A stretch of DNA of 64,000 bases. Origin: Seison nebaliae (taxonomy: Eukaryota). Positions within the stretch are counted from its first letter, which is position 1, and each line of letters opens with the position of its first letter. Position numbers and translations under genes: made by a program. This document shows positions 26,701-38,976 of the stretch, one piece after another. The notes beneath the pieces were generated by a model that searched no databases, had not been told where the DNA came from, and saw only the letters and a program-made list of their open reading frames with translations. The stretch covers positions 1-64,000 of the forward strand of contig JALJEE010001120.1 in the NCBI GenBank assembly GCA_023231475.1. The letters are read 5' to 3'.

Positions 26701-29700
26701 TTCATTCACTCATCATTCATTTCTTATTCGGTGTGATTACCATCATTTTATCGATATATTTCGATAATATTTTCCCTGGTGAATTTGGAATTTCTCGATC
26801 ATGGAAATGGCCCATTGAACATCTTTGTCGATTAATGAAACGTAAACGATATTATTATTCGAGATCATCTCGATTATTTCCTTCGAAAAAATCGAAAGAT
26901 AATTTACTCGTTCGACGATTACCAGACGATTATATTATTTATGCGTCGAAATCATATCGAGAAATGAATCATCCGAAATTGAATGATAAAGGAATGAAAG
27001 ATGTTGTGGTAGAATTACAATATTTAACTAAATCTTATCAAGGACATCATACGGCTATTAAAGATTTGAATGTAAGTTTTCATTCGAATGAAATTATCGG
27101 ATTATTGGGAGAAAACGGTGCGGGAAAAACGACGACAATGAACATTATTTGTGGTATCATTTCTCCAACCAATGGAACAGCCATCATCAATCGGATGGAT
27201 GTTCGACGAAATATGAAAGAAATTCGTCAAACTCTCAGCTACGTACCACAACACAACATTCTCTATCCGATGTTGACGGTTTATGACCATCTTTTATTTT
27301 ATAGTCGAATGTCATCATCCAATGTGTCTCAAACTCGACTCATGGATTTATTGAGTGATGTTAAATTGACAAATAAATTACATGAGAAAGTTAAGACGTT
27401 ATCTGGTGGAATGAAACGACGTTTATGTGTTGCTATCGCTTTTTTGAACGAATCGGCAAATTTGATCATTTTAGATGAACCTACAGCTGGTGTCGATCCA
27501 TTAGCACGACGAATTATTTGGAATCTTTTATTAAAAAGAAAGAGATTAGGATCACGTTGTATCATTCTCTCCACACATAACATGTATGAAGCGGATGTTT
27601 TATCAGATCATATAACCATTCTCTCAAACGGTTTATTAGCCGCTTATGGAACGTCATTGACATTAAAAGAAAGATATTCAAATTCTTATCATTTAGTTTT
27701 CACTTCCAATAATTCATGGAGTCAAAATGAGATTAAGAAAATTGTGGATGAAATCAACAATTATTCCATCAATTATTCAAACGATGATTCGAGTTCGAAT
27801 TTCATTCGAGTTTCCGAATCGAATTCGGATCAAATTCAAATTGTTTTAAATGAATTCACTAACGAAAATTTGAAAAAATTAATTAAATATTTTGAGAATA
27901 AGAAATTCCTGTTACATATTCATCATATCGCTCTCTACGACTCGTCATTGGACGACGTTTTCGTCAACGTCATTCACAATCATCGAATTAAAAAGAAACA
28001 ACAATTGTTGGAGATCAACGAATTGGATAATAAAAAAATGTTAAAAAAAAAATTATTTAATTTCCATAAATCAACTCAAAATACTTCGATTAATTCAAAT
28101 CACAATATTTCCACACCATCAAATATCATCAATGATGGTAATGAAATTACATCGAGGAATTCATTAACGCCTAGAACATCGTCATCCTTATCGTATGATC
28201 AAGAACGAATTCGTGAAATAAATGAAATTCCTTCATCTCAATACCGTCATGATGGTAATTGGATGAGTAGACGATTTTCTGTTTTTCACGTACAATTTTC
28301 TGCATTAATTCTTCGTCGTTTGAAACGGTTGTTGAGAACGAAAATTGAATGGTTTATGCAAATCGTAGCTCCAGTTCTCGTTATAGCTTTATTTATCGTT
28401 ATTGGGAAAGTGACACCGAAAAGTGATCGATTTTCAATATTGGCCATACATCCCTGGTATTATGAGGAGAGAGAGAATTATATCTTCCTCCAAAACATTA
28501 CTCAGATAAATCCATTTATGAATGAAATTAGGGATAGTTTTTTCCGTACTGAATATCCATCATATGGTCATCGATGTTCATCGATTAATCCCATTTATTT
28601 GTCAATACATCGATTGAAGAAAATGTACAAGAAACGATTACCATGTTTCATTGAGCATTTGGGAATGAATGAAAATCAATTAGAATGGGAAGAAGTGATG
28701 GGAGAAGATTTGAAAGTGAAAGAAAATTGTTCATGTTCATCCGGTTTTCTTGCTTGTCCCAAACATTCCGCCGCCTACTCCCCACAACAATTCAATGTTT
28801 ATGGTGGCGATACATTATTATTAAGAGAAGATCAAACGAAAAATGAGATTGAGGAATGGTTGAAATTGACGAGATATACATCCAAATATTTCATGAAACG
28901 AAATGGAGGATATTCATTCGACGACTTATTTCACGATCTTTTTCAGGAAGAAGACAAAAAAGAAATATATGAACAATTCTCATCAATTCTAGATAATCTA
29001 TTGAATGAGATGCAAACGACATTGACATCCAATCAATTACTAACAAGAAATCGATTGAGAGTCTGGTTCAACAACAAAGCATGGATCTCTTCAATCGCTT
29101 ATCTCAATCTCGCTAATAATCAACTACTTCGTCTCATCGCCAATCAATCCACATCAACAATTAATCTCTTCATTAATCCAATGAACTTGTCACGACGACA
29201 ATCTGAAATCGAAATTATGTTAGACATTAGTTTTTCTTCTTTTTCTCTCAATTTCTTATACTTTATATTTTCTTAAATTTCTAATATTTTTTTTAAATTT
29301 TCTTTAAATTTCTAAAAATATTTAAATTTTTTTTTATAAATTTTTTTTAAATTTCTAAAAATATTTAAATTTTTTTTTTAAATTTTCTTTAAATTCTTAA
29401 AAATATTTAAATTTTTTTTTTATATTTTCTTTAAATTTCTAGAAATTTTTTAAATTTTCTTTAAATTTTTTTTAAATTTTCTTTAAATTTTTAGAAATTT
29501 TTAAAATTTTTTTCTCCAATTTCTAATATTTTTCCTGGTTTTCCAATAGAACTGACACATTCTCTGACGTGATTAGCAGTATCTTCGTCATTTTAGCGGT
29601 GGCAATAATACCGGGTTCGTTCTTAACCTTTCTCATTCACGATCGAGTGTCGAAGGCGAAACATTTACAAATGTTGAATGGACTTCCATCTTTCGTTTAT

Positions 29701-31544
29701 TGGTTGACTTACTTCATTTGGGACATGGTTAGAGAATTTTCAATTGTTCATTCTCTTAATTTCTCTTTAGGTCAATTTGATATTCGCCTCCGTTCTCATC
29801 ATCATCGTATTCCTTATATTCGATGTGGAATCATTCATTCAACCACAACACATTCCCACCACATTTCTCCTCTTCCTCCTCTTTGGATTATCAATCGCTC
29901 CATTGAATTATTTGGCGAGTTTCATCTTGAACGATCCATCAACATCATCCGTCATCGCTTCCAGTGTCAATACCGTTATCGGTATCGCCACCACATTGGG
30001 AACGGTGACGTTAGAATTGTCAAATAAAAGAGATCTGGTGAATTTGAATAAATATTTGAAGAAGATATTTCTCATATTTCCCCAATATGCTTTCGGTCGT
30101 GGATTATTAGAAATGAATATTATGACGGTGAAGAAACGAATTGGACGGAAATTTCTCGATGACAATTCGAAATTATTGAAACAAACTCCATTTCATTGGG
30201 ATATTTGTGGGAAGCATTTACTGTCGATGACCATTATATGGATTGTTGGTATGTTCTTCTTATTCTTAGTTCAATCGAATGAAAATGGAAAATTATCATC
30301 AAAAATTTGTTGGCTTAAGAAAAAAAAGAAAACAAATTCAAAATCTTTTATCAATTATCAATTAGAGGATGATATGGATGAGGATGTACAGAGAGAAACG
30401 AATTTATTAAAAAACGCTTTCGATGAAGAAGATGATAATGTTCCGTTGAAAATTCATGATCTCTCCAAACAATTCACTTCCATCATTCCCACCGGTTGTT
30501 GTCGTTTAAAACGGAAAAAATTAAAAGCCCTTCATCCACTTTCTCTCCAAGTGGGTCGTGGCGAACGATTCGCTTTATTAGGAGTAAATGGCGCAGGAAA
30601 GACCACGGCGTTCCGAATGATTTCTGGTGAATTGAAACCAGATAACGGAAATATTATGGTGAATGGCCATCATTTGGAAAATGACCGAAATTCCGCATAT
30701 TCTCATATTGGCTATTGCCCTCAATTTGATGCACTCGACAATTTCTTGAGTGTGGAGGAGGAGTGTAATTTCTATTCAAATATTCATTATCGAACGGCGA
30801 AAGAAACGAAGAAAATTGTGAGCCAAATAATCAAAAAATTCGATTTGGAACGATATGTCAAATCGCAAATCTCTTCATTGTCGATAGGTAATCGACGGAA
30901 ATTAGCCTCCGCCATCGCCATCATAGGTGACGCTAATATTGTTCTATTAGATGAACCGACTAGTGGAATGGATCCGACCGCTCGACGGTTTTTATGGAAA
31001 CAAATCCGTCACATCAGCGAAATGGGCAAAGCCATAATTTTCACTTCACACGCCATGGACGAATGTGAGCAATTAGCGACACGATTGGGAATACTGGTCA
31101 ATGGTCGACTGAAATGTTTGGGAACGGCCAAACATTTAAGGAAGAAGTTCGGGAAAGGATTCACTCTAATCATCAAATTGAATGAGAACATTTCCAATTA
31201 TCATCTTCTCCAGAAGAATATCATTAATCGATTCACCGAAATGATCGGAGAGGTGCAATTATTGGAAACCTACTCCACAACCATCAAATTGAGAATACTC
31301 AATGAATCTCTTGACACTTTGAAATTATATGAAGTCCTCTGGCAATTAAAGAACATTGAATGGATTCATCATTCTTCCTTCTCTCCTACAACACTCGATG
31401 AAGTTTAACATTTAAATCTAAATACATCTTTAAATTAATTCTATATTTACTTATTGTCAGATCTTTATCGAATTTGCAAAGCAGCAGTATTATGAGGAAG
31501 GAAATCGTCGCAGTATCGTATCAAATCAATCATTCTCTATATAA
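23706..31544 (+). CDS. full-length ABCA-subfamily lipid transporter (ABCA1/2/4/7-like)
   Basis: N-terminal WKNLLIR and CYLSSRALPSSGLLPF...C motif; QQFPFPC; NBD1 GENGAGKTT/LSGGMKRRL/LDEPTAGVDP; NBD2 GVNGAGKTT/LDEPTSGMDP; C-terminal TTLDE|IFIEFAKQQ (VFVNFA-like). About 10-11 introns and one 3.3-kb exon. Confidence 0.93.
29270..29535. repeat. AT-rich degenerate tandem repeat in an ABCA intron
   Basis: Recurring aaatttctaaaaatatttaaattttttttt / aaattttcttt units expand the intron to ~330 nt. Confidence 0.7.
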
Positions 31545-32100
31545 ATCTTTCGGAAATATTTGGAAATTATTCGAGTGAAATCAATTTTTTTTATTAGCCC
31601 AACTATATTTATGAAAGTTTTTTATATTTATACTTTTAATTATATTTATATACAAAACATTTTTTACCACAACATCAAAAGTTGAAAATAAAATTTTACA
31701 TTCTTTTCTCTTCTAAACATTTCCTCCACAATTAGAACTTATTTCAATATTTTTCCAATTCCAAATTTTGCTCAATATTAATATGATTTTATATCCTGTC
31801 ATATATTTGTCCGAAATAAATATTAACATATGTTGTGTTATTGGGAGGCAATCATCAACTAACAATAACAACTTGTAATTCTAATTATTTTTTCAATAAA
31901 TAAATAAATAAATAATAAGAAAATTTAGTAAAAATAATTCAATGAATTGTTCTTTGGCTTCATTTTTTAGAAAGAGTGAAAATGTTGTTCATCTTTCAAT
32001 TCATCTTTCCAATGAAGAGATTTGGAAGAATTTGGAAAACGTTTAAATTATCAGAAATTTATCATTCATTACTTATCTGTACTTTCAATTCATCTCGACA

Positions 32101-34242
32101 ATGGAGAATGATCGGACGATGAGTCTCACCAGATCGACTACTACTGCGCCCACATTCCAGACAGGAGAGGAGTTGTGTAATTTGGAGTTGGAAGAGGAGT
32201 TGAAACCAAATGAGAAGAAGAATGAAAATGAGTTGAATGATTTGTATGAGATGACAGTGACACATGTCCAGGGAAATCGGAAGATCGACCGTAATATGGC
32301 CTATACGTCCGAATTTCCTTTATATGCGGCCGATTTGATATCGATGAAGAATCGGGAACTTTATGAACGTACGAAGAATTCCGCTTGGAATCGACATCTC
32401 GATTTCGATAGTGCCGTCACCACATTGGATTGTATGTTGAAGATAATTGATCGAAAATTTGAATTTGTGAAGAAAGACGTGAAAAATTGTTATGATGTTT
32501 TGGAACGAGGAGAAGTTTTGGAAGAGACACAAATAACGGAAGAAATTCCAGAAGAAGAGAAGAAGAAGAAGAAACGAAAGAAGAAAAGGAAGAGAAATTT
32601 GAAATTTTTTGGAATTGAATGTAAGAAAACTTGTGTTAATTTTGGGGAATCGATTCAATCGATTCCCTCATTAGATATGAGAACGATCCGATCGATTGAT
32701 TATGGAAGTATTGATGGTTTACTCCAATATAAATGTAAGTGGAAAAAATTATTATATGGAAATCGATTAATTGTCACTGATCATCATCTTTTGAATGATA
32801 TTCCCGAAATCGATAATCGACGAATTAAATCGAGTCACTTACTCGACATTCTCCAACGAACTTCGATCGATGAAGAGAAATATTTAAATTTCTACCAAAA
32901 GATTTTGAGAGATTTCCATGGGAAAATTGTCCGTTCCAAACATTTCACCATTAGTACACTTATTGATTCATTTAACGTTTCCGGCACAAATGATATTAGT
33001 ATTGACGATTTTTATTTATACGAAGAAAAAGAAATCGGAAGTGATTCGTGTTCAATCGCCTCCAAAATCTCTTCAATTCCATCCCAACTTTATCACCAAC
33101 AATTCGATGATGATGATGATGATGATAATGATTATGATGATGGCGATCATCATATGGAAGAAATGGATTTCCATTCAAATCAAATATCGTTCGTGGAGGA
33201 AAATAATTCGATTTTACGAGATCACATTTCCGCCATCAATCTCACCCTTGACGATAGCAGCAGACAAATCATTCCCAACGGATCGATTGAACAAATATTG
33301 ACTGAATGTGCCAACGATATATTTTGTGATGACGAAGTGAAATTGAAACGATTGTATTGTTTGAAGAGAATGAAACAGAAATCAAATTTAAGAGATAAAC
33401 GTTCCGAACCGAAAATTGTGAAACAGAAAAAAAAAGATATTTTTATTTTGGAACAATTAACGAATTGTAAATGTTTGTCAAATGATCGATTATTGAAAGT
33501 TCGAGATGAACCTCGAAAATGGAAACGTCGAATTCTCAAAAAAAAATCCATTAAACAATATTTGGATGATGATTATAATATAGATTTTATGGAAATCCAT
33601 TATATGAATCGTCTTTTTGAAGATCTTATGAAAATTCCTGATCGATCCACTTTCAACGATAACGAAGATGTTCAAATAAAACATGAATATCCAGAAACAT
33701 CGTTCAATGATGAACATTATCCAGAGAACGATATCATATCGGATGGTGGAAATGATGATGGTAATGAAATGTATGATTTACAGGAGAATGTTATGGCGAC
33801 AGACAACATATCTCGAACATCCGAAATTACGACGATCGATAACAATTTAAATGAACAATTGAACGACAACTGTTCATTTCCGTTATTGGATATTCCCAAA
33901 CCGTTATTCGAACCGATCAACATTAAATTAGATTATCGAAAACAAGCAAATCGAGTGAGTGTAAAGAAAGTGAATAAACAATTATATCCGATCATTCAAG
34001 AAGAATTGGACGTTAATGAATCCGTTTCACTTCGAAACATTTTCGGAAGATATTCTTCTTTCCAACTTCACAATAATTCACATTTCACTCCACATTCTCT
34101 TTTCCTCTCACTTCTTCATCTAGCACACGAACACAAATTCCATGTCTACAATCAAATGATGGGAATGGAAACCATTATTTCTAAAAGGAAGAAATCAAAC
34201 CACGGACTACTCATTCCTAATAGCCAAATTTCTAATTTTTAA
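32101..34242 (+). CDS. NCAPH: condensin I kleisin subunit CAP-H (barren)-like, divergent, intronless
   Basis: N-terminal FDSAVTTLDCMLKII resembles the CAP-H FxxAxxTLDAxxKIY motif. C-terminal LDYRKQANRVSVKKV...LFLSLLHLAHEH resembles the YAKxAKxxDxKKLK...FxCLLHLANE winged helix. Acidic low-complexity middle. Confidence 0.75.
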   Translation: MENDRTMSLTRSTTTAPTFQTGEELCNLELEEELKPNEKKNENELNDLYEMTVTHVQGNRKIDRNMAYTSEFPLYAADLISMKNRELYERTKNSAWNRHLDFDSAVTTLDCMLKIIDRKFEFVKKDVKNCYDVLERGEVLEETQITEEIPEEEKKKKKRKKKRKRNLKFFGIECKKTCVNFGESIQSIPSLDMRTIRSIDYGSIDGLLQYKCKWKKLLYGNRLIVTDHHLLNDIPEIDNRRIKSSHLLDILQRTSIDEEKYLNFYQKILRDFHGKIVRSKHFTISTLIDSFNVSGTNDISIDDFYLYEEKEIGSDSCSIASKISSIPSQLYHQQFDDDDDDDNDYDDGDHHMEEMDFHSNQISFVEENNSILRDHISAINLTLDDSSRQIIPNGSIEQILTECANDIFCDDEVKLKRLYCLKRMKQKSNLRDKRSEPKIVKQKKKDIFILEQLTNCKCLSNDRLLKVRDEPRKWKRRILKKKSIKQYLDDDYNIDFMEIHYMNRLFEDLMKIPDRSTFNDNEDVQIKHEYPETSFNDEHYPENDIISDGGNDDGNEMYDLQENVMATDNISRTSEITTIDNNLNEQLNDNCSFPLLDIPKPLFEPINIKLDYRKQANRVSVKKVNKQLYPIIQEELDVNESVSLRNIFGRYSSFQLHNNSHFTPHSLFLSLLHLAHEHKFHVYNQMMGMETIISKRKKSNHGLLIPNSQISNF

Positions 34243-34609
34243 ATCATCACCTCAATAATCGAAAGTTTTAAGTTGAAAAAAATCTCTTCTTTTTTTGTGC
34301 ATACCAAATAAATTTAATGAATTTTAATTAAATTAAATTTTTAAATTCAAAATTATTTTAGTGTATTAATTTTGATGATCTATGATGATGATCGACTACA
34401 AATGATGTGTTGGAGCGATCAAAACTTCGATGACCGATCAAGAAAGTTGAGTGTCAAGAAAATTCTTTACTGACAATTTTATGAGTTTAAAAAAAAAAAT
34501 AAATTCTAGAACAAAACTTTGTTATGTTTTCTCCAATACTTTTAGGGATATTGAAAATTGAATTTATCTGACTATTTATCTTGTGAAATAAAACGTGCAT
34601 AATTATAAG

Positions 34610-35193
34610 ATGGTTAAATCAAAAAAAAAATTAACATCTATCAAAGTGAAGAACAAGACCATGATGGATGTTGCCGAGGAATTAAATGTGTCTTTGGGGA
34701 CAGTTGGACGAATTTGTAAAAGCGGAAAGGTAAGATAGTAGATAAAAGAAAATTTGGATCGTCCCACACCAATAAACCGACGGAATAAACGGAAAATCAA
34801 AAACTTCATTTTCGGTAACCGTCATTCAAACGTGAAAACCGTAATAGATCGGTTCGAATTCTACCGTCTTGGATTATAAAAATTGAAGAATTCAGATATT
34901 CTTTTAATGTTCTATGCTTGATTCTTCCTAGAGAGTGATGAATCCTCAAAATATGTCTCACTCTTACTATCATAATCATATTACAATAGATGAACTGCGA
35001 TCGACCTTGTCCCAAATGAATCAGAAGAAAACGCATGTAGACGATGTCTGTTTATTACTGAAATCTTTGCAAATTAGGAGTAGTAAAAAATGAATCTAAC
35101 GAATTGTAAGAAATAAAACAGATGGATTTATGTCCCATGGATGTCTTGGGAAGAATGTCGAGCTACTTTCACCCCGAAAAAATTGAGAATTTA
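34610..35193 (+). mobile_element. decayed Tc1/mariner-like transposase relic
   Basis: Reads MVKSKK...DVAEELNVSLGTVGRICK..**..LDRPTPINRRNKRKIKNFIFGN (paired-type HTH plus GRP-like linker) with stops, and later HPEKIENL resembling PDLNPIENL. Confidence 0.5.
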
Positions 35194-35828
35194 ACACAAA
35201 AATGAAAATTTAGAGGGTTTATTCTCATTCATAATTATCGGTATAAGATATAATGTAGAATTAAATAATTAGATATTAAAATATATAGAAATTGAAGGAA
35301 ATATGACAAAAGTTATCCTTTGAAAAAGTCTTAATTTTTTTATAAAAAATTAAAATTTTAATTTGAAAAATTTTCTTACAATACAACTTCATCGTGGATA
35401 TTTAATGTTAACATTTTCACCACATTGGGAAGATTAACAATAAGTCGACAGCAGTAAATAAAGGCCGAACTTTTTGAAAATTGAAGACTCGTTCGGACTT
35501 GTTTGGTTGTCATAAACCTTTTAATAGAGTATTTATCTTCACCATCTATAATTTACCCGCAGGAATTAGCTATGAACACAAAAAAAATTCATTTTTTCTA
35601 TTATGTTTATCATCCAATGGGAAATAGGAAAATAAAAGGAAACGATTCGACAAATTTTAATGTTTCTTACCTAGGTTTAAAACTGGATTTGGAAGATATT
35701 TAGAGAATAAGGAACATTGGATTTTATTAAGAAGATAAATAAATAAATCATCATAATAAAATTAGTTGATTGATGGTATAGTCAACGGAATAGTTAACCT
35801 TTTTATCGGTCATAATAATTCCTCTTCA

Positions 35829-36095
35829 TTATTTCTTTTCCTCTTCATTTCTTGTCAGCTTTTCATCCGTTGATGGAATGTGGGATCTCTTTTGTTCCAT
35901 TTCCGATATCATTCCAAATACATAACTCAGATCCAACGGTACATAATTGGGGTCTCTGATCGCCCTCTTCAAAGTTTCTTGGTCAAACATACAAACACTG
36001 AATGCATCAAGTTCCTCCAATCGTTCGCGCTCCTCCTCTTCAGTCATTTGTACATTTCCGTTCGTCTCTCCTTCATTTTTTTGTTCATTATTCAT
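35829..36095 (-). CDS. small acidic hypothetical protein (88 aa)
   Basis: ATG-started ORF with coding-like composition; no recognised domain; lies among transposon relics. Confidence 0.3.
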   Translation of the reverse strand: MNNEQKNEGETNGNVQMTEEEERERLEELDAFSVCMFDQETLKRAIRDPNYVPLDLSYVFGMISEMEQKRSHIPSTDEKLTRNEEEKK

Positions 36096-36529
36096 CGTTA
36101 TCTACTCTAAAAGAATCGTACGAAAATTACAACTAACCAATTGTCAACGAATATAGCTTAAACGTTTTTCAACGGTTTTCAAACGGTTATCAACCATTGT
36201 CGTGATAGATTATTGTGATGATATGAAGTTTATATTGAGCGATATTTTTAATTTTAAGCTTATTATTATTTTATATTAGAATATCTCCTTATCATCTTTT
36301 GATCGTGATAAACGAGAGATAAATCCATTTTTCTCATTGTTCTTTCCTGAAATATTTGTTGTATTTTCAATGATTAAAATAAAATGATGAGAATATTAAA
36401 TTTATTAGAACATAAATATCAGGATTTCGAATGAGTAATAAATTAAAAGAATATAAATTAAGTAGAAAAAACTTGAATTGGGAAGACGAAGATAATTATG
36501 GAAAGAAAAGGAAAATGATGACTATGAAT

Positions 36530-36910
36530 GATGAAATGTCCAATCGACTTGAATAATAATCGAACGCCTTTGAAAAATGTGTTGGAAGTTCTTGAACGAA
36601 TTGAGAAGAAGTTGGACAATTTGGAAGAATAAGCAACGAAAATTCATGAAGAACTGATGAAAATGACGAAACCGCAAATGATGTGTACAGAGACGATGGG
36701 GGTGAATATTGAAATTGATGAATTACCTCTCTCCAACTTGGAAGAAATGCACAATTTCGAACAATTGTTAATGGAAGGAGAACAATATGAGAAAACAGTT
36801 TAATTTAATTCTCTCAATTTGGTGGACGTAATGCTAAAGAAACGGTGAAACGAGTTATGGTAAAATTATTGACAACGAAAGGCGAACAAGTCATACCCTA
36901 ATAAGGGAGG
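36530..36910 (+). pseudogene. DUF4806-like (transposon-associated) pseudogene
   Basis: Across stops and a frameshift reads VLEVLERIEKKLDNLEE*...ELPLSNLEEMHNFEQLL...QFGGRNAKETVKRVMVKLLT...GR, fitting the coiled coil plus LPLxxxEE..FE..L / GG....V.R.M..L.T pattern of DUF4806. Confidence 0.55.
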
Positions 36911-38070
36911 CTGAAATAAATAGTCTGATTTTGAAAAGACTTGAAAAGACTGAAGATAACGAAAGATTTAACTAAAATCCGTTTTTGATTCCATTCCAAA
37001 TTTCATTCTTCAATTCAATTTTGTTTTAATGGACAAATTGAAAAATAAATATAATTAAGTAGTTAATATTTATTAAATTTGAAAATTTCGATTTGATTCT
37101 CAATTTTTTTCAAATGTTTTTATAATACAAATCATAATAAAATATATTCATCTTTATTTCTTTTTATCTTCCATCAACTTCTCTTATAGTTCAAAATAAT
37201 ATATAATATTAATAAAATATTAGGAAGGAAAATACTTCCATTTTTATTACCATAATTATTCATCGTTTACCATCAAAAATTTAAGAGATTATTATATAAC
37301 TGACGCATCTGTTCTGCCGGAAGAGAATTATTTAATTTCTTCGTACAAATCGAATGGAAAAGTTGAGAGAGATAAAAGACGATGATTAACTAGATTCTTT
37401 CCACGTAACAAAAGATCTATCTAACAAGTACTATTTTGTAAGTACTATTTTTTGGGAGGTGTGTTCTTCCGGTAGGAAATCATATTTATTTAATGGGGGG
37501 ACATATGTGTTGTAAATGAGGCGAAGGTTTGTGAAAGGAGTGAATTGTCTAGCAGCATTAAGTGAATATTGTGAAATGTTACCTTTTTGTTGAGTTTGGT
37601 GGATGGTGAAGGTCGATGATTATTTTTCCTCATTTCCTCATCCTCTCTCCATTTGATGGAAATGGGAATGTAGGCAATCTTTTGTTTATTCTGTAGAACG
37701 TAATTTCTCTATTAACCTTCAATATCGATGTTGTAGAATGATCGTATTTATATGTGGTATGAAAAGAATTATTCAAATTATATAATACGCCAACTTTCCA
37801 CATAGACACAATTTACACATAAAGTGAGGGCAAGAGAGTGGAGTTCTAGTGTGCTATGCAATTCCCTCTTCTCAAAATTCTCTTCTAACATAGCCTTTAC
37901 TTTCTTTCTTTCTGCTTCATTCAACCATCTCCACTCTTCCATTCAGTGTTTTGATGAGGAAGTGCCAAATTGTATAATAATAAATAATAAATTAAAATAA
38001 TAATTCATCGTGTGTTGAATAATAAATAACATCTGAGCACCAGAAATAGATTGAGGAGAAGATTTCAAAT

Positions 38071-38976
38071 ATGAATCGTGCACTTAAATCGGGTTTGGGT
38101 CGTAGTACTCAATTGAAGTTATTATCGAAATGGAATAATGATTTGGCGAAATCGATTCTCTTTTGGATCGAAGAGATGACACAATGCAATATTAAGATAA
38201 ATGATCAATTATCAGAAAACGCCGATTATTTATATGATCTGCTCGTTTTCGTTTTGCACGATGGAATCGTTCTTTGTCGATTGATCAAATCGTTAATGCC
38301 AAACGATCCAATTATCAAATTTAGTGAGAAGAGAAGTTTCTGGACATTTCAAGCAAATATCGAACAATTCCTCAATGCTGCTCAACGATATGGTGTAGAG
38401 AAACATGAACTTTTTCAAGCGTCCGATTTATCAGATGCTGGTGACTCATTTCGTCCTGGTGGTAATCTCATACAAGTTCTCTATTGTTTAACAGCATTGA
38501 ATCGGAAAGCTCGTGTAAATAATGTAAAAATGAAATTTCAAATCGCCCCGAAAGAGTCGGTGAGAAATCCTCGAAAATTCTCCCCAAATACTTTGTTGGA
38601 TTGTCAACGAACTCCTTCACGTCAAATGGGAGTTGATCAAATAAATCATCGAATATTAACGAAGAATTTAATCAGTTCTCGAACCGATTGGAATCATGAT
38701 TATGAATGGAATGATGATGAAATATCAACACCCGTCGTCACTTCGCAAGAAGTGAAAGAGTTTTATGAAAACGGAAAATTTCCATTACGAAGGAAACCTA
38801 ATCGAACTTTATCATTACCAAGATGTTCCTATCGATCAATTATTCATTCGGGATATGAACGACACAACAATAAAAAACCAATTAATAATTTATTAATGAT
38901 AGAACCGTCGAATGAATACATTACTCAACATTCGTCCTCTTCTACCATCAAGAAACCGATAATAGCCATTATTTGA
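38071..38976 (+). CDS. calponin/transgelin (myophilin/MP20)-like protein with C-terminal extension, intronless
   Basis: CH domain (LHDGIVLCRLIKSL, NIEQFLNAAQRYGV..ELFQASDL), then APKES..NPRKF and one calponin-repeat-like RQMG. Confidence 0.85.
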   Translation: MNRALKSGLGRSTQLKLLSKWNNDLAKSILFWIEEMTQCNIKINDQLSENADYLYDLLVFVLHDGIVLCRLIKSLMPNDPIIKFSEKRSFWTFQANIEQFLNAAQRYGVEKHELFQASDLSDAGDSFRPGGNLIQVLYCLTALNRKARVNNVKMKFQIAPKESVRNPRKFSPNTLLDCQRTPSRQMGVDQINHRILTKNLISSRTDWNHDYEWNDDEISTPVVTSQEVKEFYENGKFPLRRKPNRTLSLPRCSYRSIIHSGYERHNNKKPINNLLMIEPSNEYITQHSSSSTIKKPIIAII

